Below, piece by piece: positions 1 to 12,949 of a DNA stretch of 64,000 nucleotides; the first letter of the stretch is position 1; each line of letters opens with the position of its first letter. The stretch is from assembly GCA_951406725.2 (NCBI GenBank), contig OX597819.1:130386001-130450000 (forward strand). The letters are read 5' to 3'. The position numbers and the translations under genes were made by a program. The notes under the pieces are model-generated. The model was given only the letters and a program-made list of their open reading frames with translations, had not been told where the DNA came from and searched no databases. Source of the DNA: Octopus vulgaris (lineage: Eukaryota).

Positions 1-611
1 TCCTCATTAAAATTACGGCAAACAAATCTAGCAAAAACTGAACTGCAATGATGATGAAGAATTTTTCAATGTAATAATAATTTCCCCCACAGAAGTTCCC
101 AAATTTCACTCTAGAATCCTGAAATTCGCCCCAGCTTGCGTTCCGATGGTTGGGTACAGAGTGGAGAGAATTTATCTTAGGTTTTAGAATTGCGGATCTA
201 GACAGTATACAAATAATGAAGAAAACGTTTATATTGTTATGTACACATGTGTAGAAATTTATCTAAGCAAGATTTGACGATATATTCTTAAATAAACACA
301 GATGTGTATATCTTTCGCTCTCAAATTCTATTATTCTTTTGCTGGCTTTAGTCAGGCTGCGGCCATGTTAAGGCGCCAGGATATATACATATATATACGT
401 GTGTGTGTGTGTGTGTGTGTGTGTATGCATATATATATATATATGTGTGTGTGTATGTATGTGTATATGTATATATATATGTATATATATATATATATGT
501 ATGTATTCATGCCTGCATATGCGTGCATATATATATATATATATATATACATATATGTGCGTTTGTATGTGTATATATATATATACATATGTATGTATTC
601 ATGCATGCATA

Positions 612-663
<52 letters not shown>

Positions 664-702
664 GATATATGTACACACACATATATACATATATAAATAC
701 AA

Positions 703-735
<33 letters not shown>

Positions 736-750
736 CAACGCACACACATA

Positions 751-1383
751 CAGGGTGCGGTGAATATATTGCATTCTAAATTACGCAAAAATGAAAATAA
801 CACTGACATGTCATTTTAACAGATATATTTATCAAAATTATATAAAAATATCTTGAAATACTAAAGAGCAGATTTATTCAATAGGCTTCAATCACGGCCT
901 CCAGACGACTTCGAAATCTCCTGCAACTCTTCTGGACGGTCTCCTTGTTTAAGTTGGTGAATACTGCCATAATCCTTGCCTTCAGTTCATCTTTGGTGTT
1001 ACAAGGAGTTTTGTTGGTCTCTCGCTCAAATGCACCCACACATAACAATCAAGGGGATTGCAGTCTGGGGAGTGATCACTCCAAACACCATGATGTTGGC
1101 TGGATGTTTGATTTGTATAACTCTCGGTACATGCTTTGGGAACACGACAAAACAACGGTTGTTCTCAGTGTTCACCATCTGTTCGTGTTGGAATTTCCTA
1201 CGCGAATGCCAAGCAGTACAATATGTAGTTTTCAAATTTCTGGCAGAGTGAATTGCATCTAGGTGCTGTTTTTACTCACAGACGTTGCCCAACTGACCCT
1301 ACTATACTGTGTATTCGACAAAATGAAAGACAAACCATACATGCGCGAATTAAAACTGGTTACAATTTATCCATCGCACCCTC
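751..1383 (-). mobile_element. Internally deleted Tc1/mariner-superfamily transposon (maT/DD37D-like)
   Basis: Imperfect TIRs cagggtgcggtgaatatattg (751, after TA) and caatttatccatcgcaccct (~1363-1382). The minus strand gives HVPRVIQIKHPANIMVFGVIT joined directly to SPDCNPLD.YVW, then after a frameshift FERETNKTPCNTKDELKARIMAVFTNLNKETVQKSCRRFRSRLEAVIEA, a transposase C-terminus. Confidence 0.85.
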
Positions 1384-1410
1384 TCTCTTCCGCTATCTCT
1401 CTCTCTCTCT

Positions 1411-1466
<56 letters not shown>

Positions 1467-1697
1467 GAATATATATATGTATGTATGTATATATACAAAC
1501 ACATACATGCATACATACATACATACATATATATATATATATGTGTGTGTGTATATGTATGTATGTATGTAACAACCAACAGTCTATACCGTAGTATACA
1601 CAAATGTACATGCAAATACACAAACATACAATGCATTCTCATTTAATGTATTTCAAGAATATATATATACACTTTTATAGAATATACATACATACTT

Positions 1698-1757
<60 letters not shown>

Positions 1758-1914
1758 TTTGTTTTTATATCGGGTTTAATAAGAACAATTTAGCATTACA
1801 TTGAATGATTACTTAGCACTTTTTGTAGAGTATATATTTGTATATATTTGTAGTTGTAGAGTATATATTTGTAGAGTATATATTTGTAGAGTATATACAA
1901 AAATAGTGATGACA

Positions 1915-1952
1915 CTGACTTTGAAATTTCGGCCTTCTAGGTGCATCAGACT
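1915..1952 (-). ncRNA. Degenerate minimal hammerhead-ribozyme-like motif (PLE terminus)
   Basis: Reverse complement reads ctgatgcacctagaaggccgaaat, close to CTGATGA-GGCC-TAGAA-GGCC-GAAA. It is adjacent to a 15-bp tandem repeat (tttgtagagtatata) and to microsatellites. Confidence 0.5.
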
Positions 1953-2710
1953 CTCGTGCGTGTGTGTGTGTGTGTGTGTGCGCGCGCGCGTGTCTGTATG
2001 CATATATGTGTGTATATGTATGTGTGTGAGTGTGTGTGTGTATGTATGCATACATGCCTACGTGTATGTATGTAGGTACATGCGTGCATTTTTTATATAT
2101 GTGTATGCGTGTATTACGATTTGATTTTATTTTAACCAGAAAAAAAACCCCAAATTTCTCATCCATAAACAATGCTGCTGTATTGGATTTAAACAACATC
2201 CTCTTTATTGTCATCTACAAACATATCCCTACTTGCAATTATACTTGTATGTATGCACACATTTCTATATTTGTGCGTGTGTTGAACGTAGACATTCCAA
2301 CCACGAGCTTATCGTCTGGAACGTCTTACATGTTTGCAGATACATCAATGTTTTGTATTCGTAATTATCTCATTACTTGTATCATCGGGAAATCAAGCTT
2401 CTCAACTTTGCTTCCGAGGCGGTTAATTACATAACGTATTGCTATAATAAACACTCATATAAATTCAAAGGTATAATCTAAGTATGGAATCTGCAGAATT
2501 TCTCATTAAATATGCATTTAATGTCTTCATTGGCCTCAGGTTGGCGTCTGCTGAAAAACGTATGATTTCCAGTCCTACAGCATATGTCTAGAGTGTTTTA
2601 CCCAGACTTTACAAAGTATTTGTTAAGAACTTTCCACTAAAATTCTTTCATAGCATATGCCCACTAAACTACTGTAACTTCTATTTATTTTATTTCGACC
2701 TCTGGGATTA

Positions 2711-3080
2711 TCTCTATATATATATAAACGGCAAAATGTCTGTCTGTGTGTGTGTCGTTTATACAAATCCACAATTTTTTAGTTAGAGGGCTCGCACTTT
2801 CTATGGTCATTGAAAACTATCCAAGGATGGTCGTGCATATCATTACATTTCCCCAGTCACCCCACAAAGCCATTAACAATCAATAGAAGTGACTTTTTTG
2901 TGAATTTTCTATCCCAAAATCCAATCAAAATGCCGGAAACTTGATACGCCAATTGAATGCCAGCTAGCTGTATGGGATTAGTCAAAGATTTCGTCAGTAC
3001 TCGCGTGTATGTGCGCACGCATGCAGCCCTATGTGCATGCACTAACACTATAACCCGGCGTTGCTGGGTCATAGTGCTAG
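2711..3080 (+). mobile_element. Non-autonomous Helitron H1
   Basis: 5' TC start (tctctatatatatataaacggcaaaatgtctgtctgtgtg), subterminal hairpin cccggcgttgctggg, 3' CTAG, inserted between A (2710) and T (3081), no TSD. Confidence 0.8.
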
Positions 3081-4717
3081 TTACAATATAAAATACTTTA
3101 CTCATTTCATCGAGCTTCGTAGACAGATTCTATCGCAATCATATTTCCAAATAGTTGCTTTTGTCATAGACCACATATAACGCCATTTGCACGAAGTTTA
3201 CACCGGTTGTCTATCAAGGTCTTGTAGCTGCATATTTATCCTTTTCCGGGTGTTTTGTTACTTCCTAATCCTTAAAAATTGCCTTATCAAAGGCAAATGG
3301 CACATTTCAAAGACTGTTTGAATCAGAATTAAGTTCCTGGATCCCTGTTTTCGTTTAGTGAAACGGCAACGTCATATTTAAGCGAGAAGATTATTGGTGA
3401 AAGCATCAATGATCCTGATTGTATGTATTGATCATCCGAGTAACCCGCATATTGGCAGGAGTACTGCTTCTGCAAACACATTGTGGGCCCCTCATTTCTT
3501 GAATGTACAGAAATCTGAGGACAATGTTATTTTTTTCTTCTTTTTTTTTTCTAGGTTTGATACTCCATAGTTACGCGTTCCTTGTTGTAGGTTTATTGTC
3601 AGAAGATATATTTTCGCCATTTCTTGGTTCTTGGAGTATTCCTTGTCATAGACCGAAGAACAAGTCATACACTTGATAATGATGTTAATAAAATGGCTTG
3701 AAGTATATATAAATGTTTGGGTGGATGCATACATATAAACATGAATGTATGGATGAAAAGATGGATAAAGGTTAAAAAAAAGAGATATGTGTGTGTGTGT
3801 GTGTGTGTGTCTGTATGGATATATGTATTTATGTATGATCTATTTATATGTGCGTGTCACTATATATCGCATCAATCTGTGTATATGGTTTTGTGTACAT
3901 GTATGTATATGCGTCTATGCATATTTATATACATACATTTGTATATATGTATATATGTAACTACGTATGTACATATGTATGAACGTATGTATTAATACAC
4001 ACACAGAGGAATATGTATAAATCTATGCAAGTGTCTGTGTTTGTGTGTATGCATGTGTATGTGTATATGTAGGTATGTGCATGTATTGGTATGTGCGTCT
4101 ACATGTATGCATGTGTGTCTGCATGTGTATGCATATGTGCGTGTGTATGTGCGCGTGTATCTGTGTGGTGTATGTGTCTATATTTCTGTGCGTGTGGTAA
4201 AAGGATTAAGAGGCAAGATAAATAGAAGAATTCCATATCAGTCAGTCAAGTCAAATCAGCCAGTCAGACGTTCTTGATCCAAGGCACCCTGGGTAGCATA
4301 TGTCAAAATTGGGAAGAGGAAGATGGACGCCATGAGCAGCGTGTAGGGAGAAAGATTCTATTTTATTTCATTTCATTTTATTTTCACTGGGTAATAAGCG
4401 TATAGTGTACGGTGAAAGTCTGGGGGTATGTTTTTGGCAGCAGCAGATATGTTGGTGTCATAACTGAGCTGTTGTGACGGTAAGTCAGAACAACCGCTGG
4501 CTTCTGGTGATCGGCTAATTGCAGCGCTAAACAAGTCAGTCCAGCCGAAGGGTGATGGAAAAACGAAGAGAAGCCAACGAAATGGTGTGGCTCCAATGAC
4601 ATTGATAATATAATGAATTTCCAAATAGCAAACAGTTACTTTTTTTTCTTTTTTTAGGGTAAGAGTATATTTGTCTTAATCATTTCCCGTATGAAACTGG
4701 TATTCATTTTATTCAAG

Positions 4718-4950
4718 GGCGGCGAGCTGGCAGAAACGTTAGCACGCCGGGCGAAATGCGTAGCTGTATTTCGTCTGCCGCTACGTTTTGAGTTCGAATT
4801 CCGCAGAGGTCGACTTTGCCTTTCATCCTTTCGGGGTCGATAAATTAAGTACCAGTTACGCACTGCGGTCGATGTAATCGACTTAATCCGTTTGTCTGTC
4901 CTTGTTTGTCATCTATGTGTTTAGCCCCTTGTGGGTAGTAAAGAAATAGG
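4718..4950 (+). mobile_element. SINE family A (tRNA-derived head, Deu/Nin-like core)
   Basis: Head ggcggcgagctggcagaaacgttagc, B-box-like gagttcgaattcc, core gcctttcatcctttcggggtcgataaattaagtaccag. TSD tattcattttattc at 4701 and 4951. Many other copies in the window. Confidence 0.9.
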
Positions 4951-4994
4951 TATTCATTTTATTCCGCAAGCGCAAAAGCATAGCTAAGGAATTC

Positions 4995-5982
4995 GGAAGT
5001 GACAAAAGGACATATTCGGGATATTTTGCTTTATGACTTCAATAAAGGCAACAACGCAACGGAAAGTGCGAGAAATATTAATGGAGTATATGGGGATCGG
5101 ACAATAAGCGTAAGCTAGTGCCAACAGTGGTTTCAGAAATTCCGAGCCGGAAACTACAGCCTAGAAGACAAGCATCGTCCTGAAAAACCTGTAAGACTCG
5201 ACGAGGACGTCCTGCAAACCCTGGTGGAACAAAATCCCATCGAACCTCTTGAGGAACTAACAGAGAAACTTGGATTTGGTCATTCAAATAGTCATTCCAG
5301 TCAGCGCTAGAAGAAAAAAAACCTTCTTTGGTTTCAAGACGAAAGGTGTTTTTCCATCAGGATAATGCTCGGCCACATAAAGCGAGGATGACATTCCAAA
5401 GGCTGAAGGGGTTTGAATGGGAAACAATTCCCCACCCACCATATTCGTCGGACATTGCCCCATCTGATTATCATTTATTCTGCAGTCTTCAAAATCGTTT
5501 GGACAGGAAAAACATGAATTATGTAGATGAGGTCAGAACAGTACTGGAGGAGTAATTTTCGTTAGGGACAAGTGAATTTTGGAAGAGGGGCCTTGTAATT
5601 CTTATTTCTTTATTGTCCACAAGGGACTAAACATAGAGAGGACAAACAAGGACAGACAAACGGGCTAAGTCGATTATATCGACCCCAGTGCGTAACTGGT
5701 ACATATTTAATCGACCTCGAAAGGATGAAAAGCAAAGTCGACCTCGGCGGAATTTGAACTCAGAACGTAGCGGCAGACGAAATACCGCTAAGCATTTCGC
5801 CCGGTGTGCTAACGATTCTGCCAGCTCGTCGCCTTCAACCAGGGGCCTTGCAATTCTACCAGATAGATGGAAAAGAATTGTATAAAATGAAGGAGAGTAT
5901 ATTCTAGATTAAAAAGGAACTCTGAGTTAAAAAGGAATTTTGAAAAATAAGTATTAAAAAACTTATTTATGGGATGTCCCAA
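4995..5982 (+). mobile_element. Mariner (DD34D) transposase pseudogene, internally deleted, interrupted by a SINE
   Basis: N-terminal ILLYDFNKGNNATESARNIN HTH region; ORF 5328-5555 FFHQDNARPH...HPPYSSDIAPSDYHLF; right TIR ttatttatgggatgtcccaa followed by TA. Confidence 0.92.
5602..5835 (-). mobile_element. SINE family A inserted in the mariner
   Basis: Reverse-complement match to 4718-4950. Flanking duplication aggggccttg(t/c)aattct on both sides. Confidence 0.9.
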
Positions 5983-6137
5983 TACATACATACATACATA
6001 CATACATCCATCCATACATACATACATACATATATGCATACATACATACATACATACATACATACATACATACATACATACATACATACATACATACAGA
6101 CAGACAGACATACGTACATACATATATATATATATTA

Positions 6138-6300
6138 ATTCGCCATAAATGTTCTCTATTCCCTGGACTTTTGATTGTACATTCACATCCGCTGATCAGC
6201 TGACCTCTACAGGTCTTTTATTCCTTATCCCACATAATAATATCAAGTCTGTTATGTTTGCACCGAGCTGGTGCTTTTACTGAGATGTTCCACCAGTATG
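6138..6300 (-). mobile_element. REL-endonuclease non-LTR retrotransposon fragment
   Basis: Minus strand YWWNISVKAPARCKHNRLDIIMWDKE and, in another frame, NVQSKVQGIENIYGEL. This is a degenerate R(P)D...E...K REL domain. Confidence 0.7.
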
Positions 6301-6308
6301 TGTGTGTG

Positions 6309-6377
<69 letters not shown>

Positions 6378-6693
6378 TGTATGTATTCTCATGCATATAG
6401 TTGCATGTCTAGACATGCTCATATATACTTAAACCATAAAGTTCTGGAAAGTTTTACAGATATTTACGCTTCCAGTGATGGCTTGGATCTGTAGTCTTTG
6501 AATAAAATTGGTACTTAGGCAGTGTGTTACATATCCCAATGCCCCAGTAATTACAGGTATAAACCTGAACTTGTAATCTGGATAGAGTAACAGTAGATTT
6601 CTCAATAGTTTAGAGTAGGTATTTTCTTTTTCACTGATTTTTAGCTTCATATTAATATCCCCTGGCAGCTGATTTCCACAACTGTACACAGTT
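6378..6693 (-). mobile_element. REL non-LTR retrotransposon 3' end (R4/NeSL-group-like)
   Basis: CTVVEISC then ORF 6429-6689 DINMKLKISEKENTYSKLLRNLLLLYPDYKFRFIPVITGALG...SVNICKTFQNF*, with a short 3' UTR. Flanked by (TATG)n on the plus strand. Confidence 0.8.
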
Positions 6694-6758
6694 GTATGTA
6701 TGTATGTATGTATGTATGTATGTATGTATGTATGTATGTATGTATGTATAAATGTATG

Positions 6759-6826
<68 letters not shown>

Positions 6827-7518
6827 AATGTACGTATGTTTAAACTATAAAGCTTCATATTTCGTTATTTCGTGTTTTAAATCCACCATCTTCGGACAAA
6901 ACTTGATACTGCTAATATGAATATTCAACAGAAAATAAAACAGATTTCTTCCTTCACGCATTTGATTGGTTGCATATATGAAAACAAAACTAGAATAAAT
7001 ACCTACAGAGCGCTATCATCTGACTAAGTTAGCAGTTATGTGAGGTTAAAGACGCTCATAAAATGACATTTACATTGAAATACTATAAAAATATTTGGAT
7101 ACTGAGGAGCGTAAAAGAATTAACGAAATAAGGAAAGGAAGTGCTAGAAAGAAGGTGAGAGGGTGAGAAGGAGAAAGGGTAAAAGAGAAGCGTTGACTTT
7201 TAACGCTCGTAGGATTCTATTCATTCATAAACTTGTTAACAGTTTGCAACACACAACTTGGAAAGTAATGAAAAAGTGGTAAGTAACTGAAAAACAAAAT
7301 AAAACCAAGGATGAAAATGAAAGGAAAAAACCCCAATAAAAACACGGAACAGTAAGGAAAGGATCATAATAGCAAGAAAGAAAATAAAGAGAAAGTAAAC
7401 AAAAAGGAAAAAGGGACCGGTATTGGCATTGCTAGAAAGAAAGAAGAGATGTAAAAAGTGTACGAAATGAACCAGTTGGATGTTGGAATATATTTACCAC
7501 AGACGTAGATAGATATAT

Positions 7519-7753
7519 ACCTATTTCTTTATTACCCACAAGGGGCTAAACACAGAGGGGACAAACAAGGACAGACAAAGGTATTAAGTCGATTACATCG
7601 ACCCCAGTGCGAAACTGGTACTTAATTTATCGACCCCGAAAGGATGAAAGGCAAAGTCGACCTCGGCGGAATTTGAACTCACAACGTAACGCAGACGAAA
7701 TACCGCTAAGCATTTCGCCCGGTGTGTTAACATTTCTGCCAGCTCGCCGCCTT
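7519..7753 (-). mobile_element. SINE family A, full length
   Basis: Match to family A. TSD tagatagatatatacc at ~7506 and ~7753. Confidence 0.92.
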
Positions 7754-8181
7754 AGATAGATATATACCACAGACATTTAGCTCGTCATACGTAGAGAGAG
7801 AAATAGAAAAGAATTCTCACATCTAATACAAGTTTTACCGTGAATTTTTTAACAAATATCGCCAAAGAAATCTTTAATTTAGCTTTCATTTTAATAGATC
7901 ACACAGATATTACTAAGTATTTAATAGAAATTCAGCTAAAGTAGACCAGAATTGTTGTAAAAATCCTGCCAGGTCCGTTGAATCAATTAATGTCAATATT
8001 AATTGAATTAATGCAGCCATGTATATACGTATGTATGTATGTATGTATGTATGTATGTATGTATGTATGTATGTATGTATGTATGTATGTATGTATGTAT
8101 GTATGCATGTATGTATATATGTATGTGTGTGTATATATATATATATATAAAATATATATATATGTCTGTGTGTGTGTGTGC

Positions 8182-8482
8182 GGAGGCGCAATGGCCCAGT
8201 GGTTAGGGCAGCGGACTCGCGGTCGTAGGATCGCAGTTTCGATTCCCAGACCGGACGTTGTGAGTGTTTCTTGAGCGAAAACACCTAAAGCTCCACGAGG
8301 CCCCGGCGGGGGCTGGTGGCGATCCCTGTTGTACTCTTTCGCCACAACTTTCTCTCACTGCTTCTTCTGTTGGCCTGCTCGCTTAGCCAGCGGGGTAGCG
8401 TCATTTGAAGGCTAAAACAATGCGAAGTGCATTGTGCCCAGCGATGTGTAACAACATCTGATAGCCTGGTCATTCACTGTCA
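8182..8482 (+). mobile_element. SINE family C (tRNA-like head), tail type 1
   Basis: A box tggcccagtggttagggcagcggact, B-box-like gtttcgattccc. Head nearly identical to the copy at 20275. Confidence 0.85.
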
Positions 8483-9083
8483 TATATATATGAGAAAATT
8501 AAGAAATTGATATGAAGACATCAGTTAATTGAAATATATTCAATTTCGAACAATATCAAACTCATGTATCCTACAATCGTTTCTATGCCCTATTAATTCA
8601 AATTCGAAAAATTAAATTAGAGATTCATATTGAATATAGTTAATTGAATATTTCCTCAGGGTCAGAACTTGATAGAAAAAGGAACTGCACTGGATAAAAC
8701 TGGGGAACTTGGATGCTGACCTCGCTTTAAGAGGTATTTATATATAATGTGTGTGTGTGTATTTATGTATGTAAGTATGTATATTGCGTTGTAAGGCTTC
8801 AATAAGCAAAAGGCATTCGATGAGCTGAGAGAACAAAGATAATGGTATAATAAAACCCAGAATCCACCCAAGGTTTCCGAGTCGAAATAATAATTTATTT
8901 TATCATTTTTCAAACAGAGAACAAAATCGTTTGTCAGTTGTCTTTTGAGCAGATAACTTTTAAACAAAAGATGCCGATAAGGAAGGCAAGAAAAAAACAA
9001 ACACAAGGAAGATAACCAACGCTACAATAATTGGTTAACGGTTTCCTGGGTGTCCGATAGTCTCCTTTTAAATTCGACAAGAT

Positions 9084-9270
9084 TTATTTCTCGAAACGCG
9101 GACATACAGAAAATATCCAGTTCTTGGAATTTATGCATTCGTTGGAGGTTTTTAAGTTCTTTAAGGGATGTAGTTTTTCAAGAGAGTATTCTGAACAATA
9201 TAGGGTCTGGTTTTGTAGAGGATATTCCATTTGATGTGAGGAGGAGTGCAGGAATGATTGAATAGTTAAA
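9084..9270 (-). mobile_element. Penelope-like element GIY-YIG C-terminal remnant
   Basis: Minus strand PPHIKWNILYKTRPY, then after a frameshift LEKLHPLKN...CINSKNWIFSVCPRFEK*, resembling the PLE endonuclease tail (IKWxIL..PY..EKL.I..LNxRxE.S.C.H). Confidence 0.6.
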
Positions 9271-9589
9271 AACGTGCGTTTTTCCAATCACGAGTGTGCT
9301 CGAGTCAGTCCCACTCTGCGTCTCCAAAAGCCTGCTGACACGAGGTCAGATCAATTCAAACTTCCTGAGTAAAACTGAGAAGATGGAAACTATGCAGAAA
9401 ACTGAGAGACAGACTATAGGTGCATTTCGAAGGACCGACATTGTTACAGAGCATCATGAAAATGGTATACGCTTCTGCTTAACACTCAGGCGGTAATTCA
9501 ATGAGTAGTCAGCCGGTTCTCCCTATCAGACAACTGCAACACTGAATTTCAAGACGCTCCATTTAATCTTTTTACAAGCATGTGGATAC

Positions 9590-9728
<139 letters not shown>

Positions 9729-9769
9729 TAAAACATGTGCAAACGTATCTTTTTTTCTTTCTCCGTTTT

Positions 9770-9930
9770 TTTTTCTCGTTCTTCATTTTTTTTTCTCATC
9801 CCTTTCTGTTGAAGAGCGTAGGCTCAAAATGTCAAAGACTTTTCCGTTTTCCAAGACATATTCCAGTAAGTCAAACTAAACTAAAACACGCTTATTGTTT
9901 CCTCACCCGCTTGTTTTTTGCACATTTGAT
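9770..9930 (+). mobile_element. PLE-terminus-like repeat with hammerhead-like motif (copy 1)
   Basis: ctgttgaa-gagc-gtag-gctc-aaaat at 9806, followed by aaagactttcc...aaactaaaacac. Homologous to 55120-55260. Confidence 0.55.
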
Positions 9931-9951
9931 ATTGTACATTTGTATATGTAT

Positions 9952-9982
<31 letters not shown>

Positions 9983-10273
9983 GTGTGTGTGTGTGTGAGA
10001 GAGAAAGAGAGAGAGAGAGAGGGGGGTAGAGAGACAAACAGAAAGAGAATGATTGATAGATAGATAGATAGATAGATATAGATAGGCAGATAAGAACCTT
10101 TATTTATTGAATATATATATATATACAAACATTCACACACATATGTGTGTGTGCACGCTTGTGTATGACCATTCGTTTTCCCCAGGGCTGTACAATGGTG
10201 GGCGCATACACACACATGCAAGCACACAAAATTTGCATATACATACACCCGTGTATATATGTGTTAGTGTGTG

Positions 10274-10314
<41 letters not shown>

Positions 10315-11140
10315 TTATGTATGTGTATCAATAAGAGTTGGAGACAGAGAGAGAGAAAGAGCGATACATGCATTCATATGCATATTTCGGCCTGTACTCT
10401 CACACCGCACTGAACCTAATAACAAAGGACTTCATACATAAATGATATTGAATAGTTAAGTGTGTTTTAGTAAGTGATAATTACGAGGATTAGTCAATGA
10501 GAGAGAAAGAATAAAAAATCCGATAAGTGGCAGAATACAAATGAAGCCTATTACCCTCTTGTTTTATATCCTTATTGCATTCACTTATTAGAATCTGGTC
10601 AAGCTGGGGCACCGATTTTTATGACGAGCGTCGATTATATCGACTCACCTCTACATATTGTAATCGATCGCTACTTTATTATTTCATTGACCTGGGAAGT
10701 AATGAAGAGCAAAGTCGATTTGATCTTAGAACGTGCAGATAGGGAACCAAACCAAAATGTCTTTTATTTGATCTTCTAGCGAGTCTGTCATTCTTCTGTT
10801 ACCTATTTGTTTGTTTGTTTTTTGTTTTTTCGTTTTCCTTTTTGTTATTGGACTGCGGCCATACTGGTGCAGCAGCTCGAAGCGTTTGATTGAACAAATC
10901 TACTCCAGTACATATTTCCTCAGTATGATACTTGTCTTTTCCTTATACTGGGTTTCTTCTTCTTCTTCTTCTTCTTCTTCTTCTTCTTCTTCTTCTTCTT
11001 CTTCTTCTTCTTCTTCTTCTTCTTCTTGAGACTCAAAAAAACAAACAAACAAAAGAAAAAGTGTGGATGGTCACGATTGAGATGTTTTTCATCATAGCTT
11101 TGCTCTGTTAATACCTACCCTTGCTCTCTCTCTCTCTCTT

Positions 11141-11173
<33 letters not shown>

Positions 11174-11240
11174 TTCTCTCTTTCCTTCTTCGAATTGGCT
11201 ATCCGACAAGTTGGTATCATATATATACACACATACAATG

Positions 11241-11305
<65 letters not shown>

Positions 11306-11369
11306 GTGGGGATGTAAAAGGTTGAAAAGGAACACACGAGTTGATAAGTATAGGCAAAATAAGACAAGG

Positions 11370-11596
11370 TAGAAAATTCTAAAATAATTTTATCATGAAG
11401 AACATTTTAGTACTGGTTTCAGTCTTTGCTACTTTTTTTCAATATAGAGTAAAGCATGTAAAACAATGAAATTGCGGAAAATTTAAATGAAATGTTATTT
11501 TAAACTATTTTCATAGTTTTCAAATGCAATGGACATTTTCCTTTTTTCTGTCTATCTCTGTATCTCTCGTTTACTCATGTCGGATCTTTGTAGCAG

Positions 11597-11664
<68 letters not shown>

Positions 11665-11908
11665 CCTAATATGACTATGACCACTACTACTACTACCAGC
11701 TACAAAGATCTCAAATGAGTAAAAGAGAGAGACAGAGACAGATAGAAAAAAGGAAAATGTCTCTTGCATTTGAAAATTATGAAAATAGTTTAAAATAACA
11801 TTTCATTTAATTGTTTTTCATGCTTTACTCTATATTGAAAAAAAAGTAGCAAAGTCTGAAACCGGTACTAAAATGTTCTTCATGATAAAATTATTTTAGC
11901 ATTTTCTA
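11370..11908. repeat. Long inverted repeat (foldback/MITE-like) with (TAG)n centre
   Basis: 11370-~11613 is the reverse complement of ~11683-11908, for example tatcatgaagaacattttagtactggtttcag / ctgaaaccggtactaaaatgttcttcatgata. TA at both outer ends. Confidence 0.9.
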
Positions 11909-12736
11909 AAATATACTCTCCTTCATTTCCAACAATGCTCTTCCACCTACCTGCTAGACTTGCGAGGCCCCTTTTCCAAACTTCACTTGTCCCTAATGAA
12001 AAATATTGCCCCAGTACTGTTCTGACCTCGTCTAAATTATTCATGTTCTTCCCGTCCAAATGATTTTGAAAACTGCGGTATAAATGATAATCAGACGTGG
12101 CAATGTCCGGTGAATATGGTGGGTGGGAAATCGTTTTCAAACTCCTCCAGCTTTTGGAATGTCATCCTCGCTGTTTGTAGCCGAGCATTATCCTGAAGGA
12201 AGTATAGCTTTCATCTTGAAACCAAAGATGGTTGTTTTCCCTCAAGTGCTGACTTGAATGACTGGTTGAATGTCCAAATCCTAGCATCTTTCCTTGTTCC
12301 TCAGCAGTTACGATGGGAATTTGTTCCACCAGGGTTTGCAGGACATCCTCATCTATCTCTACAGATCTTCCAGGACGAGGCTCGTCTTCTAGGCTGTAAT
12401 TTCTGGTTTGGAATTTCTAGAACGACCGTTGGCACTGGCTTAAGCTTATTGTCCGACCCCTATACACTGCATTAATATTCCTCGCACTTTCCGTTGCGTT
12501 GTTTCCTTTAATGAAGTCATAAAGCAAAATATACTGAATATGCTCCTTTGTTACTTCCATTGTAGCTTTGAAAAAATAACTGTTAAAATTGAACTGCACT
12601 CTTCAAAACTTGCACTAAGAATAAAAACAAGGAAAAATTACTACCTGCTTTTATAACAAGTTGATGCAGGTAGTTTATCCCATCCCTCTCCGACTTTTAG
12701 TTCATGCAATTGAAAAAGCCGCATTATTTATGGGAT

Positions 12737-12740
<4 letters not shown>
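11902..12740 (-). mobile_element. Mariner (DD34D) pseudogene, same family as 4995-5982
   Basis: ORFs MEVTKEHIQYILLYDFIKGNNATESARNINAVY and HPPYSPDIATSDYHLYRSFQNHLDGK...WKSIVGNEGEYI. TIR ttatttatgggatgac at ~12724. Confidence 0.92.
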
Positions 12741-12794
<54 letters not shown>

Positions 12795-12949
12795 ATATGA
12801 ACTCACGAACTAAGTATGAGCATGTAATTAAATTAACGGTAATATATTTAATGATGCTAGTGTTAACAAAAATCTAATTAAGTGGAGATGAAATTAGTTC
12901 AATGGGTAATATTATATATATCAACTATGTTCGTAAGTCGAAGAGACAA

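Noticed and set aside
4288-4325. Faint resemblance to the U6 snRNA 5' region (agcatatgtcaaaattgg)
   Set aside because: Too short, with no ACAGAGA box or downstream match.
4654-4863. Recurrent MRNWYL...KDERQSRPRRN and RLPNPLTR...SARGYSRRHLPK ORFs
   Set aside because: These are antisense readings of SINE A and SINE B copies, not a gene family.
8182-8255. Functional tRNA genes at SINE heads
   Set aside because: The heads continue into SINE bodies with tails/TSDs and lack a clean cloverleaf and terminator.
9050-9106. tgtccg...cgaaacgcggaca as a type III hammerhead
   Set aside because: There is no CUGANGA, and the segment is explained by the antisense PLE endonuclease tail.
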